NCBI GenBank assembly: GCA_002269645.1 | Contig: NIVC01000268.1 | Location: forward strand, 248,001 to 312,000 | DNA length: 64,000 bases | From: Macrostomum lignano | Taxonomy: Eukaryota | Direction of reading: 5' to 3' | Shown here: positions 46,775 to 58,409 of the stretch, one piece after another | Numbering within the stretch: position 1 is the stretch's first letter | How the letters are laid out: the number at the start of each line of letters is the position of its first letter | Translations under genes and position numbers: made by a program | The notes under the pieces: model-generated | Told to the model about the DNA's origin: nothing | Databases searched by the model: none | Seen by the model: the letters and a program-made list of their open reading frames with translations, nothing else

Positions 46775-49215
46775 CTAAAGCCAATTGACGCTATGGAGAT
46801 TGACCCACCCACAATCCGTACCCAACGCCAACTCCGCCCTCCTGGAGACCTTCATCCAGTCTAGGAACCTCGTCGGAGTGAATGGCTCTCTACGGCAGCG
46901 GCTCGCGAAGCTTCTAACTTTCTTCGGCCCAAACGGCAGAACGACAAGGCTGGACTGGATCCTCTGCCCTTTTCCGTTGCGTTCTAGAGTGCGCAAAGTG
47001 ATCAACATCCGCCCCAGATGCGTCGCTTCCGACCACAGCTTGGTTGCCTGCGAACTGAACCTCTCGTGGACGAGATTCAGACGCCCCCCGCCGAAGCCTC
47101 TCTGGGCAGACCTGAGGAACCCAGAGACTCGCACTGACTTCCTGACCGAGCTCTCCAACGCGAGCCCCGCCATCACCGAGACAGCTGAGGCCTTTGCGAA
47201 TGCCGTCGGGTCGGCAGCGTCAGTTCTGCCTAGACAAATAGGACACCAGCCAAGGGCACTTTGGGACTGCGACGCCGTGATCGCCACTACCAGACGCTCT
47301 GCACAGAGCGCCGCTGCGCGTCACGGCGAGGACAGCGACCAGGCTAGACTCGCCAGAGACAACCTGCAGGCGACGTACGCCCAACGCACTGAATTATTTA
47401 TTGAGGAGGCGGTCCAGGAGATCCAGGCCGCCACCGACAACTGCCGGCACACCGCTGCCTGGCGAGCAATCAACCGCCTCACAGGACGAAGACCCCGTCC
47501 GACCACAGTCGTTGGCGCTGAGTCCATAGAGCAAAGAAAGAGCCTGCTTGTCGACCACTACCGGCAAGTTTTAAATGCCCCCTCCCCGACGTCTCCCCTT
47601 CTCCCGGCCGCCGGCTTCACCCCAGCTCAGCATGGCGACTTCTACACCGGCCCGATCACCGCCGCGGAAGCTACCAAGGCGCTGAAGAGCATGCGCGCTG
47701 ACGCTGCCTCTGGAGTCGACCGAGTGCCTCCCAGGGTTCTGAAGTTGCCAGAGCTTACAGACAGCATTACTAGCATCCTGAACAAGTACTGCTGTCTCGG
47801 CGGCGACCCAGCTGCTATGGCCGCCCCCCTCTGGCGTACTTCAAGAATTGTCTCCATCCCGAAGAAGGACGCCTCCACGAGCCTTGACAACCAACGCGGT
47901 ATCGCACTGGAGTGCACGCTGCCAAAGCTGCTGAACGCAGTGTTGTGCAATCGGCTCCTCCCTGTCCTGAACTCGCTGCTACTCGAGCTTCAAAGTGGCT
48001 TCAGGCCAGGAAGATCCACTACGGAGCAGATTGTGGCCATTCGGTGCATTGTCGAAACCTGCAAGACTCGTCTTCGAGCCGTGTCTATCGTCTTCGTTGA
48101 CTTCCGGAAGGCCTTCGACTCTGTCAGCAGGACGGCCTTAGCCTGGCTCCTGGCTCAGTACGGCGTCCCCGACACCCTGGTGACGGCAGTTATGGACCTG
48201 TGCCACAACTCCAAGGCGTTTGTCGACTCCAGCGATGGCCCTACGGACGAGTTTGATACCACTTCCGGGGTGCTGCAAGGGGACACGCTATCTCCCCTGC
48301 TTTTCATTCTGGCTGTTGACTACATCTTGCGCCGCTGCCTTTGAGACGACGACAGCTTTGTCCTCGCGCCTCAGCGTAGCTCCCGCCACACTGCCGTGAC
48401 GCTCCCAGCCCTCGCCTATGCTGATGACATCGCGCTGCTGTGCCGAGACCCTGTAGCAGCCCAGCACGCTCTTACTCGACTCTCCGAGGAAGGCGCCCGG
48501 ATCGGCTTGCAGATTAACACAGGCAAGACGGAGGTGCTGCACGTGGGTGCTGACAATGCCCCACCGCTGACCCTGCCCAACGGCGAGGCCATTTCAACGT
48601 GCAGCGACTTCCGCTACCTAGGCACCCTCGTAATGAGCCCAGAGGCGATCATCGCGGACAGGAGGACCCAGGCCTGGCGCGCCATGCACCACCTCAGGCC
48701 GATCTTCACCTCCGGAGGGCGGGACGACCTGAAGATCCACCTGTTCCGCGCCGCTGTAGAGCCGATCCTTCTCCACGGCATGGAGGCTGTCCCGATGACA
48801 ACCACGCGAGAACGGGCCCTGGACGCGATGCACCGCAACCTGCTGCGCAAGGCGCTGGGCGTGCGCTACCCGACCGTCCTCTCGACGGCCCAGCTGATGG
48901 CGAGATCGAAATCACCGTCCCTCAGCGCCACCCTCCGCCGGCGCCGCCAGGCCCTGCTGGGACACTGCCTGCGGCGGTTCGCCCGCGGCGACGACAACCC
49001 GCTTGGACTGGCCATTCTGCATCCGCCGACCGAACGGTTCCGCCGCGGCCAAGGGCGGACCCAGACGCTCCGGGAGACTCTTGTCGCCGACCTGGAGGCA
49101 ATTGGACTGACCCCCCAGACTGCTGCGACCTGCCCTGCCCCTCTTTTTTGCAATCGTGTGCGCTTGTACCCCCCGACCCTAGCGTCGTTGTAATGTAATG
49201 TAATGTAATGTAATG
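46775..49215 (+). mobile_element. 5'-truncated RTE-like LINE (APE C-terminus + RT), nearly intact, one internal stop, (TGTAA)n tail
   Basis: TFFGPNGRTTRLDWIL...SDH (endonuclease), NQRGIAL, QSGFRPGRST, FVDFRKAFDSV, GVLQGDTLSP, LAYADD, RRRRQALLGHCLRR. TGA at 48342-48344 lies between two same-frame ORFs. Tail at 49189-49215. Confidence 0.92.
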
Positions 49216-49954
49216 TGTGAAGTTACTAGTGTGGCGGCCTCGAGAAATATCAGCGAAGGCAAATAAAGGCAGCAGAGGCAAATTTGTAGCGGTAGCACTT
49301 GGCAATAATATCAGTTAATGTTAATGCGATCGATGGCTGCAGACTTGGTTTATTGGAACAGTTATTAATGTCAACAAAAATACAAGTTGGATTCGTAACG
49401 ATGCACTGGCGGCTACACAACAATGAGTTAGATAGCTTAGGTAGTAGAAGTGGCGTGGCTGAGAGTGGCAGAGGCGTTGCTAGAACTGAGTGAGGCGGAG
49501 AGAGAAGGCAAGTAAACAAGTAAAGGCGGGGCCGGCGTGCGAGGGTCTAACCGGGTCGCAAGGATCGCAAGGGAGCAAAGGGCTCTAAACGGGTCTAAAC
49601 CCCGAGCGCACGGCCAGACAAACTGATAAGGAGCGGGCTGGGGGTGGGCGCGCGAGGAGAAATTAGTATAATTAATGCGCGGCTTTATCATTGGCCGGCT
49701 GAGAAAAACAGAAACAGAAATTATCGATCGCGCGCTGTTTTACAAGTGTACGCAGCTGATTAAAATTCTTAGAGCACTACTTTTATAAGCAGACGCGAGA
49801 GAACGAAACTATTGATAGTAATATTATAGATTGGTACCGTATGTCAAAACGGCCCTTGGCGGGGCTACTTAAACTGACAACGTCACACATGTATTATGCT
49901 TCTAATTAAGCTTCTCAATTATACATGTACATGAAAAGCGCTTCAGCAAGCTTT

Positions 49955-51743
49955 CAACTTTCTCTGGCCCCAAAGGGCGAACCACTCGGCTGGACTGGAT
50001 TCTCTGCCCAACTGCTCTGAAGTCTAGGGTGAGCAGAGTCCTCAACATCCGCCCCGACTGCGTTCAATCTCCGGCCTGCGCCACCTCACCCGCTCTGGGC
50101 CGACCTGAGAAACCTGGACACGCGGCAGGTCTTCCTACGCAAGCTGCTTGTCGCCACTCCTGCTCCAGCCGACTTTCCATCACGCTGTCGAGGATGCTGC
50201 AGCGCTTCTCCCACGGAGACAGGCAAACCATCCAAAGGCCCTGCATGTGGGACCGCGATCTCATCATCTCCCAGGCAAGGCGGCATGTGCAGAGCCCTGC
50301 TGCACTCCACGGCCATGACAGCGGCCAGGCCAGTGCTGCCAGGGACGAGCTGCAGCGCATCTACGCCCAGACTGAAGCCTTCATCGAAGAGGCTGTGAGC
50401 GAAATCCAACTCGCCACTGACGCCATAGTGCTGCCTGGAGGGCCATCAACCAGCTGACTGACAGGAAGCCCAGGCCCAACACCATCGCTGGCGCTGATTC
50501 CACCGAGCACCGCAAGGCCCTGCAGGCCACCCACTACCGCGAGGTGCTCAACGCGCCCGCTCCAACTGCGCCAATCCCAGACTTCGCTCCAGCCTAGCTA
50601 TTCACTTCAACACCGGCCCCATCACTGCAGGCGAGGTTGATCGAGCACTGAGGACCATGCGAGCTGATGCCGCCGCTGGGGTGGACGCCATCCCTCCCAG
50701 GGTCCTGAAGCTGCCCGAGCTCACTTCGATCATCACCTGCTTGCTGAACAAGCACTGCAGCCTTGGAGGCAACGAGACCACTTCAGCTCCTCAGCAACGG
50801 CGCACCTCCAAGATTTTCTTCATCCCGAAGAAAGGTGCCTCCACCAGCTTGGACAACCAGCGGGGCATCGCTCTGGAAATGCACAACGCTGCAGAAGCTG
50901 CTGAACGCGATTCTGCGCAACCGCCTCCTGCCTTCCGCCCTTCCGCCCGGGCAGGTCCACCACCGAGCAGGTTGCCACCATCCGCTATGTCATCAAGGCC
51001 TGCAAGACCCGCCAGCGCTCCTCCGTGTCAATCATCTTTGTCGACTTTCGCAAGGCGTTTGACTCGGTGTCCAGGCCTGCGATCGCTAGGCTTTTATCTC
51101 ACTATGGTGTACCTGCTGCACCTGATGGACCTCTACCGCGACTCCAGGGCTTTTGTCATGTCGAGCGACGGCCCCGCTCTGCCGCGATCCAGCTACTGCC
51201 CAGCGCGCTCTCACAAGGCTCTGCGACGAAGTGAACGCTCGCAAAACGGAGGCGCTGCACGTGGGCGCGAATTCCGCCCCAACTCTAACGCTGCCCAATG
51301 GAGACCACATCGCGGTGTGCGAAGACTTTCGGTACCTCGGCGCCCTGGTGATGAGCCCCGATGCGATTTTCTCCGACATGAGGAACCAGGCCTGGCGCGC
51401 CGCGCACCTCCTCAGGAACGTTTTTAATTTAGCTGCTAGAGACGAACTGAAGGTGCGCCTGTTCCGCGCGGCCGTCGAGCCGATCCTGCTGTACGGCATG
51501 GTGGCGCTTTACCGAGCGCTGCTGCGCTACGCGCTGGGCGTGCACTACCCGGAGCGCCTGCCGACCAACGCTCTGACCGAGCAATTGCGCCGTGGCCAGG
51601 CCCGCACTGCCGCTCTAACGGACTGCCTCATCGCTGACTTGCAGGCGATTGAGCTGACCCCTCAGGCTGCTGCTGCCTGCCCCTCCCGCCTGTTCCGCGA
51701 GCGCGTGCGCGCAAGGGGCCTCCCCAATTGTTACAGCTGTTAA
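49955..51743 (+). mobile_element. Degraded RTE-like LINE copy of the same family
   Basis: FSGPKGRTTRLDWILC, MRADAAAGVDAIPPRVLKLPEL, FVDFRKAFDSVSR, DFRYLG and LFRAAVEPILLYG, colinear with 46775-49215 but with deletions and frameshifts. Confidence 0.88.
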
Positions 51744-53204
51744 AAATAATGAAAAACGAGGATAACCAATTTCAGTAAGTAAAATTTCGTTTCATTTTAT
51801 AACAAATTTCAGTAGCTAATGCCGTACTGTATGATCATATGTGCGCTCCATCATAAACGTAGTATAATGCTGTTTTAATTGGTTTAACTGTTCATTTAAG
51901 TTTAACTGACAATGCTGGATAAACAAAACACTGAGAGAGAAACTACCAGGAAATAATATATAGATCCTAATATATATAAATAGATTTAGCTCGATGTAAT
52001 TTCGATCATAGCCGAAAAGATCGTAGCAATTTAATTTTTGCTTTCTGCATGGTGTCAGCTATAAACTGTATCTGAATCGTTATATTAGCTATTCATGTTC
52101 CCGATATACGTTTCATTTTTTCTTTGTACTTAATTTTGCATATACTCATAGAGAAGAACTGTGGTAGGGCGAAGCCTCCCATTTTCCCGCACGGTAAACT
52201 TTTTCCCTTGAAGTACGAGTATTTTTTCTTTTAGTGTAACTCTTCTTACTACGTGTACTGAAGTCACTACTATTTTCCTGTGAGGAAGTCCCTGTTGCCA
52301 ATAGTGCAACTGTGGGTTCCCTACCGTCCATTTTACTTTTGTTTTCATGTATTTCGAATAGGTTTGCACCTGGTGTTTAGTCGTTACCACCCGGTGTAAC
52401 GGTTTCTTCCTTTGCGAAAAAACGCTCTTTCCTCAGGTTCATGAGAACCATCTTTAGGAGTCTGAAGCACGACCAACTCCTCACCCGTCTGCAGCTACTT
52501 CAGTGCTTATTTATTTTAACTTGCTGGCGTTAGGCGTCTTACAAATCAGGTAATAAACCAAGTGCTGAAGTTTTGCATATTTAAATGCGCGCTATTTATC
52601 GAAGCGCAGTAAGGTTAAGCTGTTGTTAAGACTATAAGGTACTTTTAAGACCTCGGAAGCAATTAACCGAACCTTAGCGATCTAAATTAAGAGAAATTCC
52701 TAGGCTAATGGTCAAACTATTAATTACGTCTCTGAGCTTTTCTCCGCTAATTACCGTGGTTGGTGGCAACCAGTATTATACTCAGCAAATCTATTTTATT
52801 TTACCAAGTTCTCCGTAGCGGCTAATCTGCAAGGTATACCGGTATTCTGAAAGACTACATTACGAGCAACTTGACCGCTCAGCAACCACCACAGCTACCC
52901 CCACCCCCTGAGCATAAGGAACTCAGCACCCGGATCTTCCGTTTGTTTAAATTGTTTTGAACTGCCGGAAATACAGCACAAATTTAAACGCAGCATTTAG
53001 AGACCCAAAAAAAACCCGGAGAAGAACGAGGTCATATTGCCAGCCCCTCGTTCTCAGACTGTTTAATTTAACAATGTCTTAATTTTTAAAATAAATTATT
53101 CATATTAAATTATAAGAGTAAATTGAAACTTACTATATAATTTAGCAGGCCCACATCACACGGTAGCCATTGCATGCTGTTACACTCTTAGTGTAGTTGA
53201 CTAT

Positions 53205-54200
53205 ATTAGCCTGAGATCGGACGAAGTCCGCCCCGTTGGCATTTTCGGGCGTCCCGGCGTCGGAGGCAGTCCACGTATCGACGGGTTCGGGCCTGACCCC
53301 GCCTGAACGGGCCCTGCAAAGTGACTAGAAGGAGCTGAACAGGTTGGGGGAAGTAGTCCTAGGCCCCGATCACGTGGCCCGACAGTTGAAGTCGCCGCCG
53401 GCGCAGGATGGTGGACCGATCGTACAGGGTCTCCGTCCCGACGCTCTCGTCAGCTCGAAAGGCCGCACAGAGAAGCTCTGAGTCCAACTTCCCCTCTAGC
53501 GTAGCTGTCAGCGTCCACGTCTCGGCGTTGTATATGTCAGGACAGTTTCGACCAATGCCTGCCACAGCCGAACTCTCTGGTGGTCGCAGACAGCGCTTCG
53601 GACTGGAGGACGGCTCGGATCGAACGGAAGGCCGCCCAGGCAAGTCCTCTGCGCCGCCGGAGGTCTTCCTCCATGTGAGGCACCAGACCGCTGAGGTAGG
53701 TGAACCGCTCGTCGCCGTTTGCCCGTCTGCGCCGCGGCACGTCAGGTCCTCTGGGATGTCGGCCAGCACAGTCAGCACCTGGGTCTTCAGCGTGTTGACA
53801 ACACTCGATGCCACCTAGACCAGCATGTCGATCTGGCGCTGGGCGCCTTCAACTGACGAGGAAGGAAGTACAAGGTCGTTGGGGTAGCCAAGCACGCTCA
53901 GGCGCTTTTCGCTGTGGCGGCGACCGATGCGTCTGCGCAGCAGGAAGCCGTCGTTAGCCGAGGGGAGTGCGGTCCGAAGCACCCAGTCCAGCAGCAGTAG
54001 CACGAAGAGGAACGGCACTAGCGTGTCGCCCTGCAAATCTTCTGATGATCTTCTGAGGAATCCGTTCTGCTCGTACCGCAGGTATGGGTCCAGCACCGAC
54101 TGCAGGCAATCGAGCAGCAGTCGGTTGAAGAGCTCCGCGGTGCATAACATCAGGAGATCCCGTTGTGGTCTTTCCGCGTTGTCCCTGCTTCCTTCGGGAT
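53205..54200 (-). mobile_element. Degraded RTE-like LINE 3' fragment (more distant subfamily)
   Basis: YEQNGF, LQGDTLVPFLFVL, LSVLGYPNDL, YNAETWTLT, RRRRLQLSGHV, RRGQARTRRYVD. Confidence 0.8.
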
Positions 54201-54459
54201 CAGCACGATGTGCGCGACGGTCCACTCGGTGAATGGCGAGCAAGCGGTTCATGACGCCTGTGACCTGGGAGGCCACACAGCGGAACCGCAACGATTCGAC
54301 CGGAACTTCCTGAACTATTTACAGCAAAATAAAGAAACTGATCACTCACTGACACGGATCACGCAGTTACCCCGATCCAAAACAACCGCAGGCATTCATA
54401 AACTATTTAACTGAGAAAATTTACGTAAATATTCAACATAATTAACGCTTTATGGACAC

Positions 54460-54870
54460 ACAGTTAGTGGACACACAAAAATCTGAGGATGACACACTAA
54501 TCTTGAACGGACATTAATCTTGAGCTGGACACACTAATCATGAGGTTGATACACTATTCCTTGACGTGGACACACTAATCCTGAGGTGGACACACTAATC
54601 CTGAGGTGGACACACTAATCATGAGGTTGACACGCTAGTCCTGAGGTGGACACACTAATCCTGAGGTTGACACGCTAATCCTGAGGTGGACACTCTAACC
54701 CTGAGGTTGACACGCTAATCCTGAGGTGGACATGCTAATACGAGGTGGACACACTGACCCTCTGGTGGACACGCTAATTCTGAGCTGGACAGGCTAATAT
54801 ACTTAAGTGGACACACTAATGCTGAGATAAATACGCTCGTACGTCACGACACTAATCCTAAAGTGGACAA
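54460..54870. repeat. 20-bp-unit minisatellite CTGAGGTGGACACACTAATC
   Basis: Read directly. Confidence 0.9.
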
Positions 54871-55976
54871 CACTCACATACATGTTTTCTTGTCCTCGGC
54901 TTGGATAGCGGCTGGATATCCCCCCCCCCCAGACAGACACTAAGTGATGCTCGATGGTGCTGGCCGCAGTTGCAGCAACGATCGATGGATCTACATATTG
55001 GGGCACTCGCTGCTCTGGTGATTGTATGTGCGCAGCGCTTGTATACGAGCTACTTGGAGACTGCTATGCCATCGGCTTGTGGGATAATTGGAGGCTTGGC
55101 AGTTCCACATTGTAGATAGCTCTGGCCGTGGGCTTTATTCTTGCTGACCTCCTAGCGATAGCTTGTGTATGGTGATGGTGATCCACTCGCAGACGCATTT
55201 GTCGACTCTCGTACTAGCTTTGTCGGTTGACAGGTGGCCCTGGCCACCGTGATGCGGTGCAGCCCTTTGATGGCCATTTGCTTGTCGTCCTAGAGGTGCT
55301 TCAGAGACTTTCCGGATTTGTTTCAAGCGACATTCCCAGATGACGAACGCAAGAGCCTTGGACGACGGTCAGGCGGGCACGTTGTCACCAATAAGGTGGT
55401 CGGAGCAACTCTGGAGCAACCCGATGATGACTTTGCCTCTGAAGTCGAGCATTTCGTCGTGGTCGTGGAGCAGATGTTGGTGGTCGCGGATCTCTGCTGC
55501 AGGAATATTGTGAATTCTACGGGGTCGGTGTCGTCTGGGTGGTCTGTTCAGCTCAGTTTTTCACTGTGCTTGAAGTTCGGAGTCGTCCTGTGGACACTGG
55601 AAGTGATTTCGCCGATGATGCTAATTGCCCAGTTAGCCTAGCTCTTATTCCTTGAGGACGCCGTTGGCATAGTCGTCTTCCCAAGGGTCGCCAGTTTTGT
55701 GGGCGTCGCCGCCTGTGTATGCTTCAGTCCCCACTACGGAGGTCACTGCAGTTGCAGTTTTTCTCACCTGCAGAGTCACCACCGGTGTACAGTGTAGTCG
55801 TACTCGCCAGATGTTTGGCCGGGGTCGCATCATGTCGCATCAGATCTTGGATGGCAACTCATGCGGGATACTGTAGGTCAGATTGCACGCGAAGGCGTAT
55901 TCAGCATGCCAGTGAAGTATGAGACAGACTAGGCCCATGGGCTAAGGTCTGCGATGCTTCACGCCTGCCCCTATCT

Positions 55977-58105
55977 TTGGCAGGTCAAGGCTGGTGGGAG
56001 GTCTGCACCCTCTATTTGCCTCTGGCAGCCGCAGACCCCCCCCCCACGCTGTCTCGCAAGTCGACCCAGGGTACTCGTCCCCGCGTGTGTTCAAGGCAGT
56101 CCCTAGGGCTGCTGGACAGACTGGGCTCCGGCGCTGGCGACCCTATCCAGTGGCTTCGGCCGAATTTGGGTTTGCGGGTCTGGCTGCTAGTGGACTGGTG
56201 TATCACCGCAAAGTCCGCAGGGGGAGACGGGCAACTCAATTGTCCTCGGCCTTTCCAGCACTTGGGCGAGTCGGTACCCTAATGGATCCTCTTTCCAGCT
56301 GGGTGCCCTCAAGCTCAAGATGCGCCGAGGAAAGTCTGCCAAAGGGAAGGCTACTGCCAACCCCGGCATCTCCGGCAAGAGCGGGGCGCAGTCTAAGGCA
56401 CAAGGAAAGGCGCAAGCCGATCCCAAAGCCAAAGCTGCGTCTCGCCCCTCTGCTAGCAGCAGTTCGGCGACCGCGGTAACGGCTCCGGCCAAGCCCCGGG
56501 AACCAAACCTGCCAGTCGAAGAAGGAGTTGAGGACGAGGCCGGGTCTTCGGAATCCGAGCTCTCCTCGGCCACCCTGGTGGGGTCTGAAGGTAAAGATGC
56601 AGATGAGGAAGCTTCCTCCATCCTGTCATCGGAGCCTGAGGACTCTGCTGGGGGGGGCGGTGGGGGTGAGGAGGCCATGGACGTCGACCAACTTTCATCT
56701 CCCAGTCAAGCCCCAGCGGCCTGGGACGAGGACGATCTGTTGTCCAAGTCTCCTTGATGGCCCTGGGCTCTAGCCAGACATTGCATTTAATACAGTATGA
56801 CTAAGCTCCACGCTGCCAAAGGAGCGACATTCTGTTTGCAAATAAATTTACAGCATTGCGTATCTGCGTCAGTAAATCTGATGAAGATTGCTGAGCTGTA
56901 CAGGCCAGGCCTCATCCTGATCCAGGAACCCTGGATGCGCAACGGTAAGTTGCCCAACATTCCCTCTGGCTACTCTGATTTTTATGTGTGTGGCCCGGGG
57001 AACAGCCGCCCTAGAGCGGCTATCCTCGCTGCTAGCCATCTCCAGGCTTGGCTGAGGACTGATCTCTCTGATGGAGACCTTTGAGTCATCCAATCTAATC
57101 ATTTCTCTCCGCGTACGTGTCTTGTTGCCTCGGTTTATATCCCAGGCGACAGAGACCCTGCTCCCAAGAGTTTACTGCGCCTCGCGCAGTATTGCGAGTC
57201 CCAGAACGCTGAGCTGTGCTTAGGGGGCGACCTCAACGCGCACCACAAGCACTGGGGCAGCAAAGATACCAACACTAGAGGAGAGGAGCTTCTGGCCCTC
57301 ATCTCTAACACAAACCTCATGCTCTGCAACCGCAGCAGCACTCCTACCTTTAATAATGGCAGATGGACCGAGGTCCTCGACGCCACACTCGTTACCCCAA
57401 GACTCTTTGACAGAGTTGAGGAGTGGAGAGTCTGGTCTGAGGAGCCCTCCCTGTCTGACCACTGCTTTATCGCCTTTAACATCGCGGACACTAAAACCCA
57501 GTCTCCGATCATTTCGGAGGCGCAATATCCGCAACACTGATTGGGCGGCCTACAAGGCTGCCCTTGATCTGCACCTGCAGGAACTCACGGACTTACGTCC
57601 GATTGAGACCTGCGAGGATGCGGATCCATATGGCTGAGACGCTGACAGGTTGCATTATTGCAGCCTACGTAGCGGCTTGTCCTGCTCGCGCCTACAAAGG
57701 CAAGACCTCGGCGCCGTGGTGGAACCCGGAGCTGGGGAAACTCAGGCGGAAGGCCAAAAGCCTTCATCGCCGTGCCATGAAGACCGGAAACCCGGAGGAC
57801 ATGGAGCTTTTCCGGCAAGCCTCCCGCAATTTCAAATCTGAAGTTCGTAAGGCCAAGGAATGTAAGTGGCGCCAATTCTGCAATGAATTGTATCAAGACA
57901 GACCTACTTCTAGGCTTGTCAAGGCCCTTACAATGGACAAAATGTCCAAATTAGCCATGATCAAAAAAGATTATGGCTCTCTTACTAAAGACCCTGAAGA
58001 AGTGCTTCAGCATATGCTCAGCACATTCTTCCCGAGGGTACCTACTGCTAGACCGGAGCCCAACCATTCGATGGATGGAGCCACCCTAGCGGCGGGCATT
58101 GTCAC
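55977..58105 (+). mobile_element. LOA/R1-group non-LTR retrotransposon (ORF1 remnant + APE endonuclease ORF2), cut before the RT domain by an LTR insertion
   Basis: ORF2 from about 56797: QINLQH, LIQEPW, RPRAAI, ASVYIP, GGDLNAHHKHWGSKDTNTRGEEL, PTF, LDAT, SDH, RNIRNTDW, APWWNPEL..LRRK, KAKECKWRQFC. One stop (57082-57084) and two frameshifts. Low-complexity ORF1 tail ends at 56757. Confidence 0.82.
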
Positions 58106-58371
58106 TGTTTAGGAGATGGCTTACATGTACTTTTCATTCATCTACGCGTAACATTCATATCAGAAATTTTTGGTATACGTACGTTTCAGCCCCAGCCCCC
58201 ATTTATAATGTTCAGTAGCACCCACCTCATTTAGTTAAAATTATTGCAATATATATTTATCAGTCTCTCCAGAGAGAGTGCGCATGCTGGTTTTTTTTGT
58301 TCGTTTGGCTAGTAGCCGAAAAATAGTCGCTTACTGCGAAGACTCAATTTATTGCATGAACCATCAAAACA
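58106..58371 (+). mobile_element. 5' LTR (266 bp) of a BEL/Pao retrotransposon
   Basis: TGTTT...AAACA terminal inverted repeat; starts exactly where the LINE ORF breaks; followed after 2 nt by the PBS. Confidence 0.85.
58315..58358 (+). other. Spliced-leader-exon-like sequence inside the LTR
   Basis: GCCGAAAAATAGTCGCTTACTGCGAAGACTCAATTTATTGCATG. The 29 nt at 58330-58358 match the 3' part of the Macrostomum lignano SL as I recall it (..CTCTTACTGCGAAGACTCAATTTATTGCATG). It ends in ATG, as flatworm SLs do. Confidence 0.72.
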
Positions 58372-58373
58372 TC

Positions 58374-58391
58374 TGGTAGCAGAGCGTGGTT
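58374..58391 (+). promoter_or_regulatory. Primer-binding site complementary to initiator tRNA-Met
   Basis: TGGTAGCAGAGCGTGGTT is the complement of AACCACGCTCTGCTACCA, matching the animal tRNA-iMet 3' end pattern ..CTCTGCTACCA. Confidence 0.88.
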
Positions 58392-58409
58392 CTACTTCAT
58401 TGGTAAAAA

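Noticed and set aside
52130-52390. 86-aa minus-strand ORF in AT-rich DNA
   Set aside because: No recognisable motif or splice context.
58315-58371. SL-like segment as a true SL RNA gene
   Set aside because: The exon is followed by AACC rather than a GT donor, there is no Sm site, and it sits inside an LTR.
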